From Octopus vulgaris (Eukaryota): a stretch of DNA of 62,000 nucleotides. Position 1 is the first letter of the stretch; each line of letters begins with the position of its first letter. Location: the NCBI GenBank assembly GCA_951406725.2, contig OX597823.1, forward strand, positions 26,184,001-26,246,000. The letters run 5' to 3'. Of the stretch, positions 35,902 through 50,491 are shown piece after piece. The notes beneath the pieces were generated by a model. That model was not told where the DNA came from. It ran no database searches and saw only the letters and a list, made by a program, of their open reading frames with translations. The translations under genes and the position numbers were made by a program.

Positions 35902-37799
35902 AAAGGCAAGATTTGATGAAACTTCAAAGTTACTGTCACATTTGAAAAAAAATTATATCTAACTCTACTCATTGAATTCTTTTTTTCAGTTAATAGGTTT
36001 TGTTTTGTTTTGTTTTTATGTATATATTTTTCACTTTCCGTGTTGGGGGGTATTGCACTAATAAGCTAAGAGAAATTATGGTGATGATATACAGGTGCAA
36101 GTATATAGTAAGAATTTTACTTCCCGGCCACATAGTTCCAGGTTCAATCACATTGCGTGGCACCTTGGGCAAGTGTCTTCTACAATATAGCCTTGGGCCG
36201 GCTAAAGTCTTGTCAATAGACAGAAATTTGGTAGACGGAAACTGAAAGAAGTCCATCGAATGTGTGTGTGTCTGTTGATCTATCTAATCTATTAGTGTCT
36301 GTTTGTACCCCACCACTGCTTGACAATCAGTGTTGGTGTGTTTACATCCCCATAACTTAGCGGTTTGATGAAAGGAAAAGAGACCAAGGGAATAAATACC
36401 AAATTTGAAAAAAAAAAGTCCTGGGTTGATTTGTTTGAGTAAAATTCTTCAAGGTAGTGCCCCAGAATGGCAGCAGTCTAATGACTGAAACAAAAGATAA
36501 AATATGTCTGTATAAATATATTTTACCTTTGTTCATCTGCAATTGTTGTCTTTTCTACTTTCTCTCTCTTTTGGTCACATTGCTCTGAGCAAGCAGAGAC
36601 TATAGAGCAGTAAAAAGTTTTGTGTCTTGCAAGGTACAAAACAATCTCACTCGTGCTGGTGCTTTGATAAAATATATGTCTGCAGCACTCTGTAAAGTGG
36701 TTGGTATTAGAAAGGGCATACAGCTATAGAAACCATGCCAAAACTAGGATATACAAACAAGGTCCAGCCCGCAACCTTTCTAAGAATAACTCTGAATAAA
36801 CCTGACTTGGTCAGTGGTGACCCATCCAACCCATGCCAGCACAAAAAGCGGATCTAAATTGATGACAACGATGATGATGATATATATATATATATATAAA
36901 CTTCACTACTTAAAGAGGTATATTTTTTTAAAGGTTTATTAAATCTGAGTTATAATTTCTATAACATTGAAGTATTTCTTAATTTTAAATTATTCACAAT
37001 TTAATTTAATTTGAATTGCAATGTATTGAGAAATGCATTATATCTGTTGGGGAGTTAGCATGTGCTTTTAGTTTGGGTAGTTATTATTATTAGTGTTACA
37101 CACATACAAACTCTACCTAGTGCAAGGTGTGTGTATCCTGTTAACATTGATAACAGACTAGTTATTTTAGCCAGTGACAAAATAGGTCTTATTACTTATT
37201 ATTTGGAAAAGGAAGGATATGTCATTCATTTTTTGTGCTTATTTTATTTTTATAGATGAATTATTTATCTGCTAATTTTATTACTAACATAGAAATTTAC
37301 TTTTAAATTTGATAATTCCAATTAAGATGTATATATATATCTGGGTCTGTTGCTCTTTTCTGTCTGAAATTGGTACTCAGTTAAATGAATGTAATTCTTC
37401 AGGCGGTATTATGGAAATGTGAAAGGTAGAAGATACTAAGTCCATAAGACCACCACTCATCATCATTATTATAATTTTAACATTCACTTTTCCATGTTGG
37501 CATGGGTCAGATGAGATTTATCGAGACAGTGGTCCAACAGCTGGATGCTCTTCTTGTAATCAGCCCTTATTTGTTTCCAAGTAGTGTACTATTTCCTGTG
37601 AACAGCTAAATGACTGGATATATTTTTACAGGAGATATAAACACAGCAACACTGCTTTAATGTAGTGTGCAAACATCACAAGGGGAGGGCCTAGTCAACC
37701 ATGTAGTTAATCAGGAAGGTGTTATAAACAATAACTGGTGTAGCTGCAAAGTAAAGGTGATGCTTTATATAGATTTCCAGAAGGCTGGACAAAGTTATG

Positions 37800-38590
37800 A
37801 AATACAGTTCTATATTTAAGAGATGAGGAATTATGTACATTATTGACATTTTGAACCTGGGTTCTCATTCCTAAGGTTATTTGTCGATGTTGTTGTTTGG
37901 CTTGGAATCTTGGGGTTAGTAGCCTGCACTCTTAACCACTACGCTATATGCCCATGGGCAATTATGGAGTGAGTTTTAGGGCTTATAAATCAAATATTTT
38001 CCTATTCTTCTTTGATACCGGTTCCCATATGCTACTCGTATCTACACTCAGTTTGCTTAGGGGGTTGTTGTGTCCTAGCATATGTGCTGCTGCTTTTAGT
38101 TGTATTTTTTAGTGGTGGTCTCTGTCTATTATTTTAACTTCATCCCACAGGGGGAGGTGGTCTCCATTTTACCATACATGATCAGCTATACCCGATTTAT
38201 GAATATCTCCCCATGTCACAGCTTTGCGATGTTCCTCTACCTTTATTTTGAAGGGGCGGCATGTTTTGCCTTTGTATAACCTACTACAGCTGCATGGGAT
38301 GGAGTACACACAGTCTTTGGTCATATTCTCTTCTATTGGTGGTTTTACTCGAAGAAGATATTTGCGAAGTGTTGTATTACTCTTGAATACTCTCCTGATG
38401 TCATATAAGCCACATATCTTTTGTATCTTTTTGGAGAGGCATGTTTTAGGCACTGAGCAATCCCACTCTTTATGGATGGGGGGACCTGAAGTTGAGGTAT
38501 TGTCCAATGAAGGGTGGCTTGCGGTATACGGATGTCCTGAATCCATACTTGGTGTGTGTTATTAATACGTCCAGGAATGCTAGCTGATTG
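37800..38590 (-). mobile_element. Penelope-like element 3' part: GIY-YIG endonuclease relic plus terminal repeat
   Basis: KIQKICGLYDIRRVFKSNTTLRKYLLRVKPP...CVYSIPCSCSRLYKGKTCRPFKIKVEEHRKAV...KSGIADHVW*NGDHLPLWDEVKIIDRD, followed by the tRNA-like repeat. Confidence 0.9.
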
Positions 38591-38639
38591 TCTTTTTTTT
38601 TGTAAATAATGTAAAGTTATGAAAGTTACAAAAAACCTT

Positions 38640-39680
38640 ATTGCCTAATATAATTAGGTTAAATGAGATGCAGTTTGGTTTATGTGCCAGGGAGTAAGGC
38701 AGTTGCAGGAGAAATGTTCAACAAAAAATAAGCTGTTATACTTGGCAACTGCCAGATTGGAAAAAGCCTTAAACAGGGTCCATCATTCATCTGGTGGTTT
38801 CTGAGGAAGCTGAGGGTAGACGAATGGGTTTTGAGAGCCATACAAGCCATTTAAAGGAGTGCTATCAGTAAGTTGAGAGTTAGCAATGAGTACAGCAACG
38901 AATTTAGTGTACAGGTGGGAGTTCACCAAGTCTCAGTCCCCTCCAATTCATCAATGTCCTCTAGACTATCACAGAGGCATTTAAGACTATTGCTCTTGGG
39001 AACTATTATATGCTGATGACCTGACCTCATTTTAATGGAATCTGTTGTAAAATTAGAAAAGAAATTCCAGGCATAGAAGCAAAACTTGGAATGAAAGGGA
39101 ATTAAAATTAACTTAGCAAAGACCAAATTTATAGTAGGCAGGAAAACAGGGAGGACTCTATTCCTTTCAGCTTAATGGCCCTGTTCAAGAGGAGGATGTT
39201 CTGAAAGTATTGTTGCCAGAATAAGAACAGGATGGAGAAAGTTCATAGAGCTATTATCCCTGTTGTTAACAAAAGTCGCTCTTGCTTAGAGTAAAAGGCA
39301 GATTGTATGATGCTTGTGTATGAACAGCAATGCTACCTGGGTCCTGAATGCAGAGGACCTGCAAAGACAAGAAAAAGAATGAAACTAATATGACCAGTGT
39401 GTATGTTGGACAAAATGCTACTGTGTTGAGAGGGAAAATGGGTATAAAAGGAATTGGGTGTGGGTAAGGGAGATGGCTGTACTGATATGGTCCTGTGATG
39501 CATATGGGTGTGAACAGCTTTATAAAGAAGTGCTGGTTACTAAATTCATGGCACTTGTGGAAGGAGACTCAAAGGAAACATGGGACAAAATGAAGGTTGA
39601 TCTCAAGATGCTGAGCCTTGTGGAAGAGATGACAAAGGACCAAGATGATGGGTGATTCATTGTGGTCAAGAAAACCCATC
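38640..39680 (+). mobile_element. Degenerate, internally deleted RTE LINE
   Basis: ttaggttaaatgagatgcagtttggtttatgtgcc (xNEMQFGFxP motif), LNGIxCKIRKEIPGIEAKLGMKGIKINLAKT, and RTE 3' coding remnants. Confidence 0.7.
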
Positions 39681-41859
39681 CATCATAGCAAAAGTGAGGT
39701 CTTAAAAGTATTATGCCTATGTCTTTATACTCACAGGGCCCTGCTTCTGCACCCTATCTGGTCCTGTCAAGTCTTCCCACCTCTCATATTCTTAACCCCA
39801 TCCCCACCATTCTTCTAACTTCAGTACTATTCAACTGCTGTAATCACATGAGAAAAGAATCTTCACAGTGCTACCAGCTAAATCCTCCTTTTCCTGGAAC
39901 CACTTTCTTTGAAACGCCATCTGTCATTCTCAATATCATCCTTTCCTACTTTGTTTTCTTTTGTACCTCCAGTTATTTCATCCTTTCTTCTGAGTTATAT
40001 CTTAAGACTGCCGTATCTCATTTTCATCATTCTCTCATGTCTGCCATTGGTGCACCCCACCTCTGTCTTCCTCATGTAGCCATCCCTATGTACCTCGGGC
40101 ATCCGTCTTTTGCTGTACATCTCACTCTCTCCCACCTCACACGTCATCTCCCTATTTTTTGATCTGTCAATATATTTAATATACTGCTGCTCTCCACTCT
40201 TCCTTTACTGCCACTTATCACAACTCCTTGAGTCTCTTGTATTTCTTTCACTGTCCATACCTTCAAAGATGTGTGAAACGAGTTCCCTTACTTGAGAAAC
40301 AGGTAAGGATAACTACAGGAAGGACATTCAGCTGTAAAATAATGCGTCAATATATTTGTCTAACCCATTCTAGCAGAAAAATTAACCAAAGAATACATCT
40401 ACACACACACTTGGTGCTCAAGTTTCTGTTGATAAAAAAAATTACAATGGAGAGTAAAAACTAATTCTTTTTTTTTCCCATCCAATTCTCCCTATCATTC
40501 AATCACTATCCATGTTCATATTGCTCTGAAAAATTACTTCTTATTGATAACTTGCTTTTGTCTCAATTTAAGTCTCACATAATACAATCCAAAATTAATC
40601 TTCAATTATCTTTCCTGGAAAAATGTAATTTTCTATAATTAACTCTGTCCAATCTTTTCATTTGCATCACATTAATTTTTTTTTTTCTCTTTTTCAATTA
40701 TCCTATATTATTTTCAATTACAAATGGTAAAGGTAACCATGTTGAATACCAATACCTCTGAATCTCAAACCAATGTGGGAAGGTCTACATGGTCAGTAGG
40801 CTTTCTAGAAATAGTTGTCAAATCTACTCCAATCACACAGTATGATTTTAAAATGGAAGAGGGGCTGTTAGAGAATATAATCATAGGTACATTGTTTGGA
40901 TAATAAATGAGATGGTCATAGCTGGAACATTTTTGGTCATAAATATGTTGGATGATAGGTGACCCAGAGTTAAATAACAAGAAAGGCTGGATTGGATAAT
41001 ATGGATACTTCAAATAAAACTGGGCGATCATAGATAAGTTTAAACAGAGTTGACCTTGGGTTAAACAACAACAGTGTTCGTGTGTGTGTGTGTGTGTGTG
41101 TGTGTGTTTATATGCAGAGGATTTACAAAGACTAAAAAGAAATGAGCATCCAAGCTCTGCTGGCTGTGTAACATTACATAATACGACTGCACGAATGCTT
41201 GAGTCTGATTAAGGTGTGAGAAAAATTGAACAGAAGAAGAATCCAGAGAAGTTTGTAAGAAAGAAGACTGCATTTGTATTGGTATTTGATATGTATAGAG
41301 GAAGACAGCTGTATAAAGAAAAATAGACCACAAGAAGACATGGATCTGAAGCTGTTGCATGTCATGGAGATGACAAAGAACTGTTGATTGGTGACATGCT
41401 GCATAGGAGAAAACTTGCCGGACTGCCCAAGCATTGCAAAACAGATGTTAAAATTAATTATATGTATTTTGTGTGTGATCATCATTTAATGTCTGCCTTC
41501 CATGTTGGCATGGGTTGGACGGTTTGACAGGAGCCAGCCAGGTAGAAGACTACACTACGCTTTTGTATCTGCTTTGGCATCTATTAATATGTATGTAATG
41601 TATATCATCATCATCATTTAATGTCCATTGTCCATGCTGGCATGCTGGAAGGCTGCACCAGACTCCAGTCTGATTTGGCATGGTTTTCTACGGCTGGATG
41701 CCCTTCCTAACACCAACCACTCCGAGTGTAATAGGTGCTTTTGCGTGCTACTGGCATGGGTGCCATTTGTGTGACACCGGGGTGTGTTTACGTGCCAGTT
41801 TGCATGACACTGGTATCTGCCACAACTGCGGTTTTGCTTGGCTTGATGGGTCTTTTCAA

Positions 41860-42480
41860 GCACGGCATAATACTAAAGGATTTGGTCATTGCCTCCATGA
41901 GGCCCAATGCTTGAAACTCAGCCACTTTACTTCCGTGAGGCCCAACATTCAAAAGATGTTCTTTATGTGCCACCAGCATGGGTGCACTTGGCTTGACGGA
42001 TCCTCTCAAGCACAGCACATCACCAAAAGTCTCAGTTACCAGTCATTACCTCTGTGAGGCTCAAAGTTCGAAGCTCATGCTTCACCACCTCGTCCTATGT
42101 CTTCTTGGTTCTACCTCTACCACAGGTTCCCTCCACAGTTAGAGATTGGCACTTCTTTACACAGCTGTCCTCATCCATACGCATCACATGGCCAAACCAA
42201 CACAGTCGTCTCTCTTGCACACCACATCTGATTCCTCTCATGCCTCTTAAGATGCTTACTAGCTGTCGAACATGCACACTGACATTGCACACCCAGTGAA
42301 GCATACTGGCTTCATTTCTTTCAAGCCTATGCATATCCTCAGCTGTCATAGCCCATGTTTCACTGCCATGCAGCATAACTATTCGCAGACAGGCATCAAG
42401 CAATCTGCCTTTCACTCTGAGAAAGAGGCACTTTGTTGCCAGCAGCGGTAGCTCTCTGAACTTTGCACACACACAAAATA
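41860..42480 (-). mobile_element. RTE LINE 3' coding fragment with duplicated ends
   Basis: ORF 42095-42565: RVKGRLLDACLRIVMLHGSETWAMTAEDMHRLERNEASML...RRLCWFGHVMRMDEDSCVKKC. Confidence 0.9.
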
Positions 42481-42632
42481 GGTGCAGGTATGGCTGTGTG
42501 GTTAAGAAGCTTGTTTCCTGACCATGGGGTCTGGAGTTCAATCTCAATGCACGGTACAGCACCAACCCTAATATGCTAAAGCCTTCTGAGTAGATTTGAT
42601 GAACAAATTAAAAGAAACCTACCCATAGTGTG

Positions 42633-43670
42633 TAGTTGAGTGAAAAGTTTTTTGTATTTCAAGCTTTAATAGTTCAAACAAATCACGTATGAAAAGCATT
42701 TTTATTCATCAAAATATATCATGTCACATTCTGTTGTCTGTTGCTGTCTTTGTACCAGAAACTCAATTCTACACTTATACCATTTGATTGGTTTAGAAGC
42801 GAAAAAAACTCCCTGCACCTGTTTTCAACCTCCTCCACATTGTTAAACCTCTTTTTGTACAGGAAATGAACCATGACTTGGAAAGGGTGGTAATCTGATG
42901 GTGCATGATCTGGACTGTAGGCAGGGTGAGGCAGCACTTCAAGTTGCTCGAGTTTGTCCTTGGTCCCATTGACAGTTTTTGCTGGGGCATGGTCATACTG
43001 TAGGAGTGCGTTCTTTGATTGACCAATGCCTTCAAAGCATTAGATGCTCATTGCAGTTGCTAAGCATAAATGTTAGCATTCACAGCATGGCCTGAGACTA
43101 ATACAAAGTGCAACCCCACCTCAAAATTCCACCAGACATATTGTTTGAACTCCCCTTGTTTGACATCAGGTTCTGAAGCTTAGTCAGAATGAACCTATTA
43201 CAAAAATAGATCCATTTTTCATCCCCAGTTACAATTCAACTCCAAAAATGGGCATCTTGTGGATTTGCCAGAAGTTGTTTGCAAATGTTCACATGTTGTT
43301 GAGCCTAATCGTTGGCCAGTTCATGAGGGGTTTCTCAACAGCATCTGTTTACAAAGCTGAGCTTATAGAGATGTCAGTTGAAGGTGCTTTGCGAAGGACT
43401 GAAATCTGACAACAATGTATGAGTGTTTGTGCCTGATCTTGATTTGTATTTGAGGCTAGTGTCACCTTCCTTGCAATGTCTTAATCAGTTTTGTGCCACA
43501 CATTTGTTGACAGTTCCTGGACCTTCCTCATCGTTAATTTCTTTTGCTACTGCCCTTGCACTCAGTCCTTTTTTCCCACAGGTAGTGTAAAATGGCCCTG
43601 ACTGCAATTTTTTTTGCCACTCATTATCAATGCTGTAAAATAAAAAATAAACAAATATGGATTACTCTTT
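42633..43670 (-). mobile_element. Nearly full-length, inactivated mariner (DD34D-type) element
   Basis: ATG at 43624 gives MSGKKIAVRAILHYLWEK; then PHEL, IVTGDEKWIY, HPAYSPDHAPSDYH and YFDE*, with several stops and frameshifts. TIR-like tagttgagtgaaaagttt at 42633; the other end is cut by a SINE. Confidence 0.85.
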
Positions 43671-43874
43671 TTACTCTTTTATTTGTTTGAGTCATTTGAC
43701 TGCAGCTATGCTGGAGCACCGCCTTTAGTTGAACAAACTTACCCCAGAACTTATTCTTTGTAAGCCTAGTACCTATTCTATTGGACTCTTTAGCTGAACT
43801 GCTAAGTTACGGGGCCGTAGACACACCAGCATCAGTTGTCAAGTGATGGTGGAGGGACAAACACAGACACAAGC

Positions 43875-43965
<91 letters not shown>

Positions 43966-45028
43966 ACAGGCTTCTTTCAGTTTTTGTCTACGAAATCCAC
44001 TTACAAGGCTTTGGTCAGCCTGAGACTATAGCAGAAGACACTTGCCCAAGTGGGACTGAACCCAGAACCATGTGGTTGGTAAGCAAGCTACTTACCACAC
44101 AGCCATTCCTGTGCCTATGTTATATATGAAAGTAAAGAATAAACAGTTTAGCAACAATTGGACAAGTTATATCAAATTAATGGAGATATAAGTGTTAAGG
44201 TCATCTCAACAGATTTTCTAAAGAAATTATAGCCAGCACAGATTTCGTCACAACGTTTCTCATTGTTTGTTTACATCTGACATCTCACATACAAAAAAAA
44301 ACATCAGTGCTCTCTATAATTTGTATAGAAAATCTGTAGATATGACCTTAATATGTGATTTAAGTGCACTGCTAACACAGTAGTACATGGTATTGACTTA
44401 TAAAACCGTTTATTATATTTTGTAGAATATTATGGTTGCACAATGAAACACCGTGTCATTAATGGAGATACAAGTTGCCAAAAATCATCAGTGAAAATCC
44501 AAAGAAAACTTTTGACTCAAACTTGTGTGTGTGTATGTGTACCCTTGTCTGGGTTTCATGTGATTGTTGTAAACCCACATCACTGTCATACAAGTGATGG
44601 CTGTTTGTTTCCAGTTTTCCATGAAATATTACCTTCCTTGGAACAGGTAAGGATTGGTGGCAGCAATGATATGCAGCCATAGGAAATCTGTCTCAGCAAA
44701 TTCTGTCCAACCCATGCAAATGTGGTAAAGTGTATGTTAAATGATGATATGTATGTGTGCATATATATTTAGAGCTATCTTTAGATGTGTTTAGATGGAC
44801 ATGTATATGTGTATGTGTGTATATGTATACAGACACTCAAATAGTATCAGTAATGATCTGTCATCTCTTTTACATCTTATCACCTCCCCCTACCCCACTA
44901 TCTCTTGGTCCCTTATCACTTTCCCCTCTAGTACTTATCCCCCATATGTATCAGCCTGCCATTCATGTCTTTAAATTACTTTGCTACTCAAACCTTTAGC
45001 ACTTCTGCTCCTATTACTTATCTTCTAA

Positions 45029-45079
<51 letters not shown>

Positions 45080-47634
45080 TCTGTTTGTACTATGCTGCCT
45101 CTAATTAATGATGGTGGGTGTCTTTTGTATGTTACCTCCAAGTGTCACTAGTGATTCCACTGGACTTCACACCCTAGCGCTCTCTTCTCTCTCGATGTAT
45201 ATGTACTAGGGACCTCAATGAGTATGTGTCATACACTGTATCTCTATACTTCCAACAACTATTTGGCATCAGTATCCATCATTCTCGCTTGTTTAGCTAC
45301 CTTTTGCTATTCATCTTGCTTTCACTCCTATCCTATCTGATGCTGCTGGTGCCATGGTGAAATGCTCTTTAAAATATGAGTCACGATAACCTTTTAGTCT
45401 TGTTGAAGACATGGCAGCATCACTGATACAAACCACAGGAAAAAGTGCACCTAGTCCTCTCTGTAAAATGGCTGGCATTAGGAAGGGTATCCAACCATAG
45501 AAACAATGCTGAAGATGAAACTCACGAGTGAGATGTGGAGTTTTTTTATTCTTCTAGGAGAGCAGCAGTAGTATAGCCAACTCATGCCAGCATGAAAACA
45601 GTCATAAATCAATGATGATGGTATCTTGCTGTATCAACTGTGAAGAGTAAGATGTAGTTACCTCTTCTTGTGCTGAGCCTACCTTTGTTTCAATTACTAA
45701 TTGTCACAACATTTTATTTACATTACTGATACATTTGTTAAAGGCACAAAATCACATATTCTTATTCTCTTACCCACTCAGTCATCTATAAACCCTGGAG
45801 ATGCTTACATATGTAAAAAGTCACTCTACATGCATGTGTTGTATGTGTGTGTGTGTTCCAATAGTAATTTATTAATAGTGGGGTTTCTTTGTGTTTCTTA
45901 TTTCTTATTTAGTAGAATATTATAAATAAGTTTGTTGAGGATTAATATTGAACAAAGAATAAATTTTTATGTAAGTTTAGTAGAGCAGTCAGTTAGCAGA
46001 ATTATTAGTGTTGGACAAAATGCATTGTAGTATTTAGTTACAGTTCTTTATTTACTGTAATCAAATCACATTGTTCTTAACTTAGCCTATAATTCTTTTG
46101 GGGTTGATAAAATGAAGTACCAGACAAGTACTAGAGTTAATTTAATCAACAATACTGTGTCCTACAACTTGTGGGTTTGTTACTACTGTATAAGAGATCT
46201 GTATGCAAACTATAGTATTGATGCAGGTACAAAGGACATATGGAAGACTATTAAAAGTAAATGTTTTATGTAGTGTGGTCAATTAAATACTTAGTCCTCC
46301 CTCTGTTTATGTATATATATATATATATATATCTACCTCTTTATTGTTGCTATTAATTAGGTGGAAGGGGCATGAGGCACTTAGGAACTTTGAATGCCTA
46401 GCTAGACTGATGACAACACTAGTTCGGAAAAGGAAGGATTGAGCTAAGTGTTTAGTGCTCATTGTTGTGTGAGACACTTTTGGATGACAAAAGCAAAAAT
46501 GAAAGATACATCATATTTAGTCTCTGGTCATCCCTGATTAAGCAGATCCGTCAGCAACAGGTTTCCAGCTATGACCATGCTATCTTTTTCCTATGTGCAG
46601 AGACACTGAGCCAAATTATCCTATGTGTCTTTCTAAGATAGTGGGGTGTGATTTGAGGAAGATTTTGCTATTGTTTCTAGCAGGTTGAGCAACTACATAG
46701 AGGCTCCCTTGTTGGTACATCAGATAGGCTTGAGTGGTGGTGGTGATGATGATGATGATGATGATAGTATGAAGCTTGTTGGTTCTGATTAGTTGGACCA
46801 TTTAGCGTGTTTCTAGTTTAATGGCTACTGTTTGTTGGTAAGTGAGCTTTAATAATCAACTGGAGGTATTTTTCATTCAAGAAACAAACCTAATTTAAAT
46901 GTAATTTAATCTATACTTACAGAGCTTTAGGTGTGACACTATTTTTGACTGTGCATGCTTTTAGCAGACTTCTTTTGTTGCAAATATTCAAAGTAAAATC
47001 CTGTCCGTTTTCTTTTCTTTCTCATATTGACTTAAACATCTGCACCGATTCCACCATTCTGGGTCCACATCCTTAGTCAGTTAACTTAGAAGTATCTGAA
47101 ATGATAATTAGTAAATCATTAAGTGAATTGCTCATGTGTGAGCAATTAAAGCACTTTTAGAACTAGGGTCTTCAATTGTTTTTAGAACTGGTTGCCCTTC
47201 TTACCATTAACAACTCAGTTGTGAATCTGCCTACTTTTGTTCAGTCAAGTAAACTGGAGCAAGGTGAATGAACTACCTTTCTGGGGGGGTCAAAGACAGT
47301 TCTAGCAAGTTTCATTCTATGTAAATGTATTAATGAGCTTGCCCTTTAACACTTTATCTCAAGAGCCATTGCTGGTTTTGTAATATTAAACAAATAAGAG
47401 ATAAATCTATAATCTCACCTCATTTAAGACATCACTCCCATCTAAAGCAGTAATATTGATTTGGTTGTTTCTGCTTTCTATGTGGATTGAGGTGTGAAAA
47501 ACTAAGTAGCAAACACACATTGTGGCACCAATTAATTTGGACTTGGGAATAGACACAGGCATCCTAGTGTTCATCCAAAGAGTTTTAAAAATGCTACATG
47601 ATGTATTGGTGTAAAGTTGCTCAGAAACATTCCA

Positions 47635-47945
47635 ACCTCTAGCTCGCAGATAAACTGTCTCCTCTCGCTGTCCTTTCTACTGCAACTACAGTGGTCTCAT
47701 AGACATTGACTGGCTCGTTTCCTGCCGCTTCTATTCATGCACATCCCACGCTCTTGCTTCTCCTCCTCTTATCACTTATATGGTGTCGAACCCACCACCC
47801 CAGTCTTCCCAGAACAGCTTTCTGGAATTCCCTCCTTTTACACATTTTCCTTCCAACCATTGACTTGCAACAGCTTGCACAGAATATTAACAATATCAGT
47901 CTCATTGGTCTTGGAGCACTGTTCCTTCCTTCATATTAAACTTAC
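47635..47945 (+). mobile_element. Old CR1/Jockey-type LINE 3' fragment
   Basis: LARR*TVSSRCPFYCNYSG resembles LxHRRxVxSLxLFYRYYxG; later QNSF and FPSNxxLQQ remnants. Confidence 0.6.
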
Positions 47946-50442
47946 AAAAGTAAATAAAAAAAAACGATTGGTAATTCATTGCAATATCGACTTAGTCCGT
48001 TTTTACCTAGAGTATTTAATATGGAGTAAGTAGTGTTTGCATTCAGTTTGGAGGAGCAAAAGCTGTAGTCGTACTAATTGAAATGACAGACACAGCTATT
48101 ACAAAGCATTAGATGTAGTATGGCATTAAATGAAGGTTTGCCTGTCAGGTATTCAGTCTTTATACCTTGGATGCTGCATATAATTTGTGTACACACATGT
48201 CTGCTTGCACATATACATGTGTGTGTGTGTGTGGTCGAGGTCATGTCTTCATTGAAGAAAAAAAAATCTTTTTGTTTATTTATTTTTGAAGAACATTTGC
48301 GCTATAAGAAGTCGGTTGCTTTTCAAATCTGAAGTATTTTCTGACTTTGAAAAGGAAGGAAACCCTACCTTTGTGATGCAGTCCTGGTTATGTAAAGAAT
48401 GTACGGCTGCTATGAAAGGTCAACACAAATTGTAAGACCTTAGCATTTGCAGGGAATCTGATGAATTACAACAAATAGAGGTGATGGGTTGTTTGGAGTG
48501 AGTGTGGGTGTGTGTTTCCAGTTAACAATGTTGGGAAAATTTTTAACCAATTGTTACTTGTTTGCTTTTTTTTTTGTTTTTATTTTGATCTTAGGAAGTC
48601 TTATTTCTTGGTGTATTTAGTTAGTTAATTTTTTAAAATTTTATTATTTATTTTTTCAGCATTACATTTCGGATTTATTTTTCACAGTTCTGAGATCAAA
48701 TGCACTCAGGGCATAATTTTACTTCCTGCCTTTCCTTTAGGATGACTTGTGATGTTTTGTCACGTTTCTCTTGAGTTCACGTCCTACAAGGATTGGTTTT
48801 TGCTTTCATCCTTTTGGGGTTGATAAAAGGCCACAGGTTTTGGAAAGAGTTAAAATTGGTTAAATCGATACCTGTGAGATTTAGCTGATTTTTCTATTTC
48901 TTTTTCATTTTCATCTTGCAATATGTGAACAGGATTGTTGGTTGCAGGCTTCTAATGGGACAATCACTGGTTCACTGCATTTCTGAAAGCAAAAGTGACA
49001 AGGGATTGTCTAATTGGATATTTCAATGGACCTTGTTCACAAAGTACTGATTTTTCAGTTTTCTTGCTGGTGTTTATCTTTTGCTACTAAATTCCACTAT
49101 CTCTTCTGCTGCTACTGCTTTTAGAACAGTGTATGATATTCTGTTTTATTAGGCTACGTTCTGTTCAGTATAAACCCACTTGAATAATTTCTTTAAAAAA
49201 GTTTCTGCCCTTTCTAAAAGTGTCAATATTCACTTTTCAGTTCTACTCACAATAACCCACCTGAAATTCTCTTGCTAGTCATGCCACCTACTCCAATCTA
49301 ATTACTGTCCTTCAACTAAGCTTTAATTAACTATCTAACTTCACCCAATTATCTCAGAATAAGACCTTAGACAAAGGTATATCTTAAGTATTTGCTATTT
49401 AATAAATATATAATGTATTGGTAGAGTTGTTATAGCATCAAATAAACTCTTTATAATATTCATTCTGACTTTTTTGCAGTCTTGGTTCAAATCCTAGTAA
49501 GGTCAGGTTTGTTTTTCATCCTTTCAGGGTTTGTAAAAAAAGTATCAATCCGTGTTGGTGGTTTGGCAGACAGAATGCCTTGTAATATCTATTCCAGCTC
49601 ATCACTTTTTGAATTCCTATTTTGCTATGGCCCATTTGAGTGACAGATTAAATCTGTTGCCTGGTTTAACACATTTGTTGAAATACATTATCTTTGTTTC
49701 AATTAATTTTGAAAATAAATTTAGTGAAATAGCGTTGTCATTTAATAATGAAGTTATTTTACTAAATTCATGTTTGTGACTTAAATGAGAGAAGGTTTTA
49801 ATTTAAATCACTTTAAGACAAAGTTTGTATCATAGAACCAGGAGCAGTCTCAGGCAGGTTTATAACAAAAAAATTAACACCAATACTTGGCACTACTTGT
49901 GTGCTTTTAGCAGTCTATTCTGTTGTAAATGTTCTTGCTATGTCTCTGGTTTGAGGATAACTCACTCCTTCCCCACCAGTCTTTACAAATGCCTTATAGT
50001 GACATGAGCATTGGCTTCCTTCCTCACTAAAAGGTTAAAAAAAGGAAACTACCACAATGTAGTAGTGTTAAAGGTGCCAGTGGGTGGACTGTGTGAGACT
50101 ATTTTCAATTCCTGTTTGTAGATATGCTACCCACTTATGACCTTGGTAGTGTTATCAACTATCTTGACTACCTAAAGAATGAATTGGTGGGGTGAGAGGA
50201 GTTTGGTGGATATCTGTCCTTACAAAGGGTCCAGCTATTCACATAAGATCATCTCATTAGTGTGTTAGGAGTGGAGGAGTAACTATAATTGTATTTGTGT
50301 ACACATACATGTACACTTGAGTGGTGTATATGTAATGTATGTTTGTGCATGCATGCTTCTATATTTATTGTGTGTATGTATGAATATATATATATATATA
50401 TATATATTAGCATGGAAAACGGATGCTAAACGATGATGATGA

Positions 50443-50491
<49 letters not shown>

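Noticed and set aside
47126-47147. Palindrome aattgctca-tgtg-tgagcaatt, superficially lacO-like
   Set aside because: It is not the lac operator sequence, and a 9-bp stem is unremarkable in AT-rich DNA of this length.
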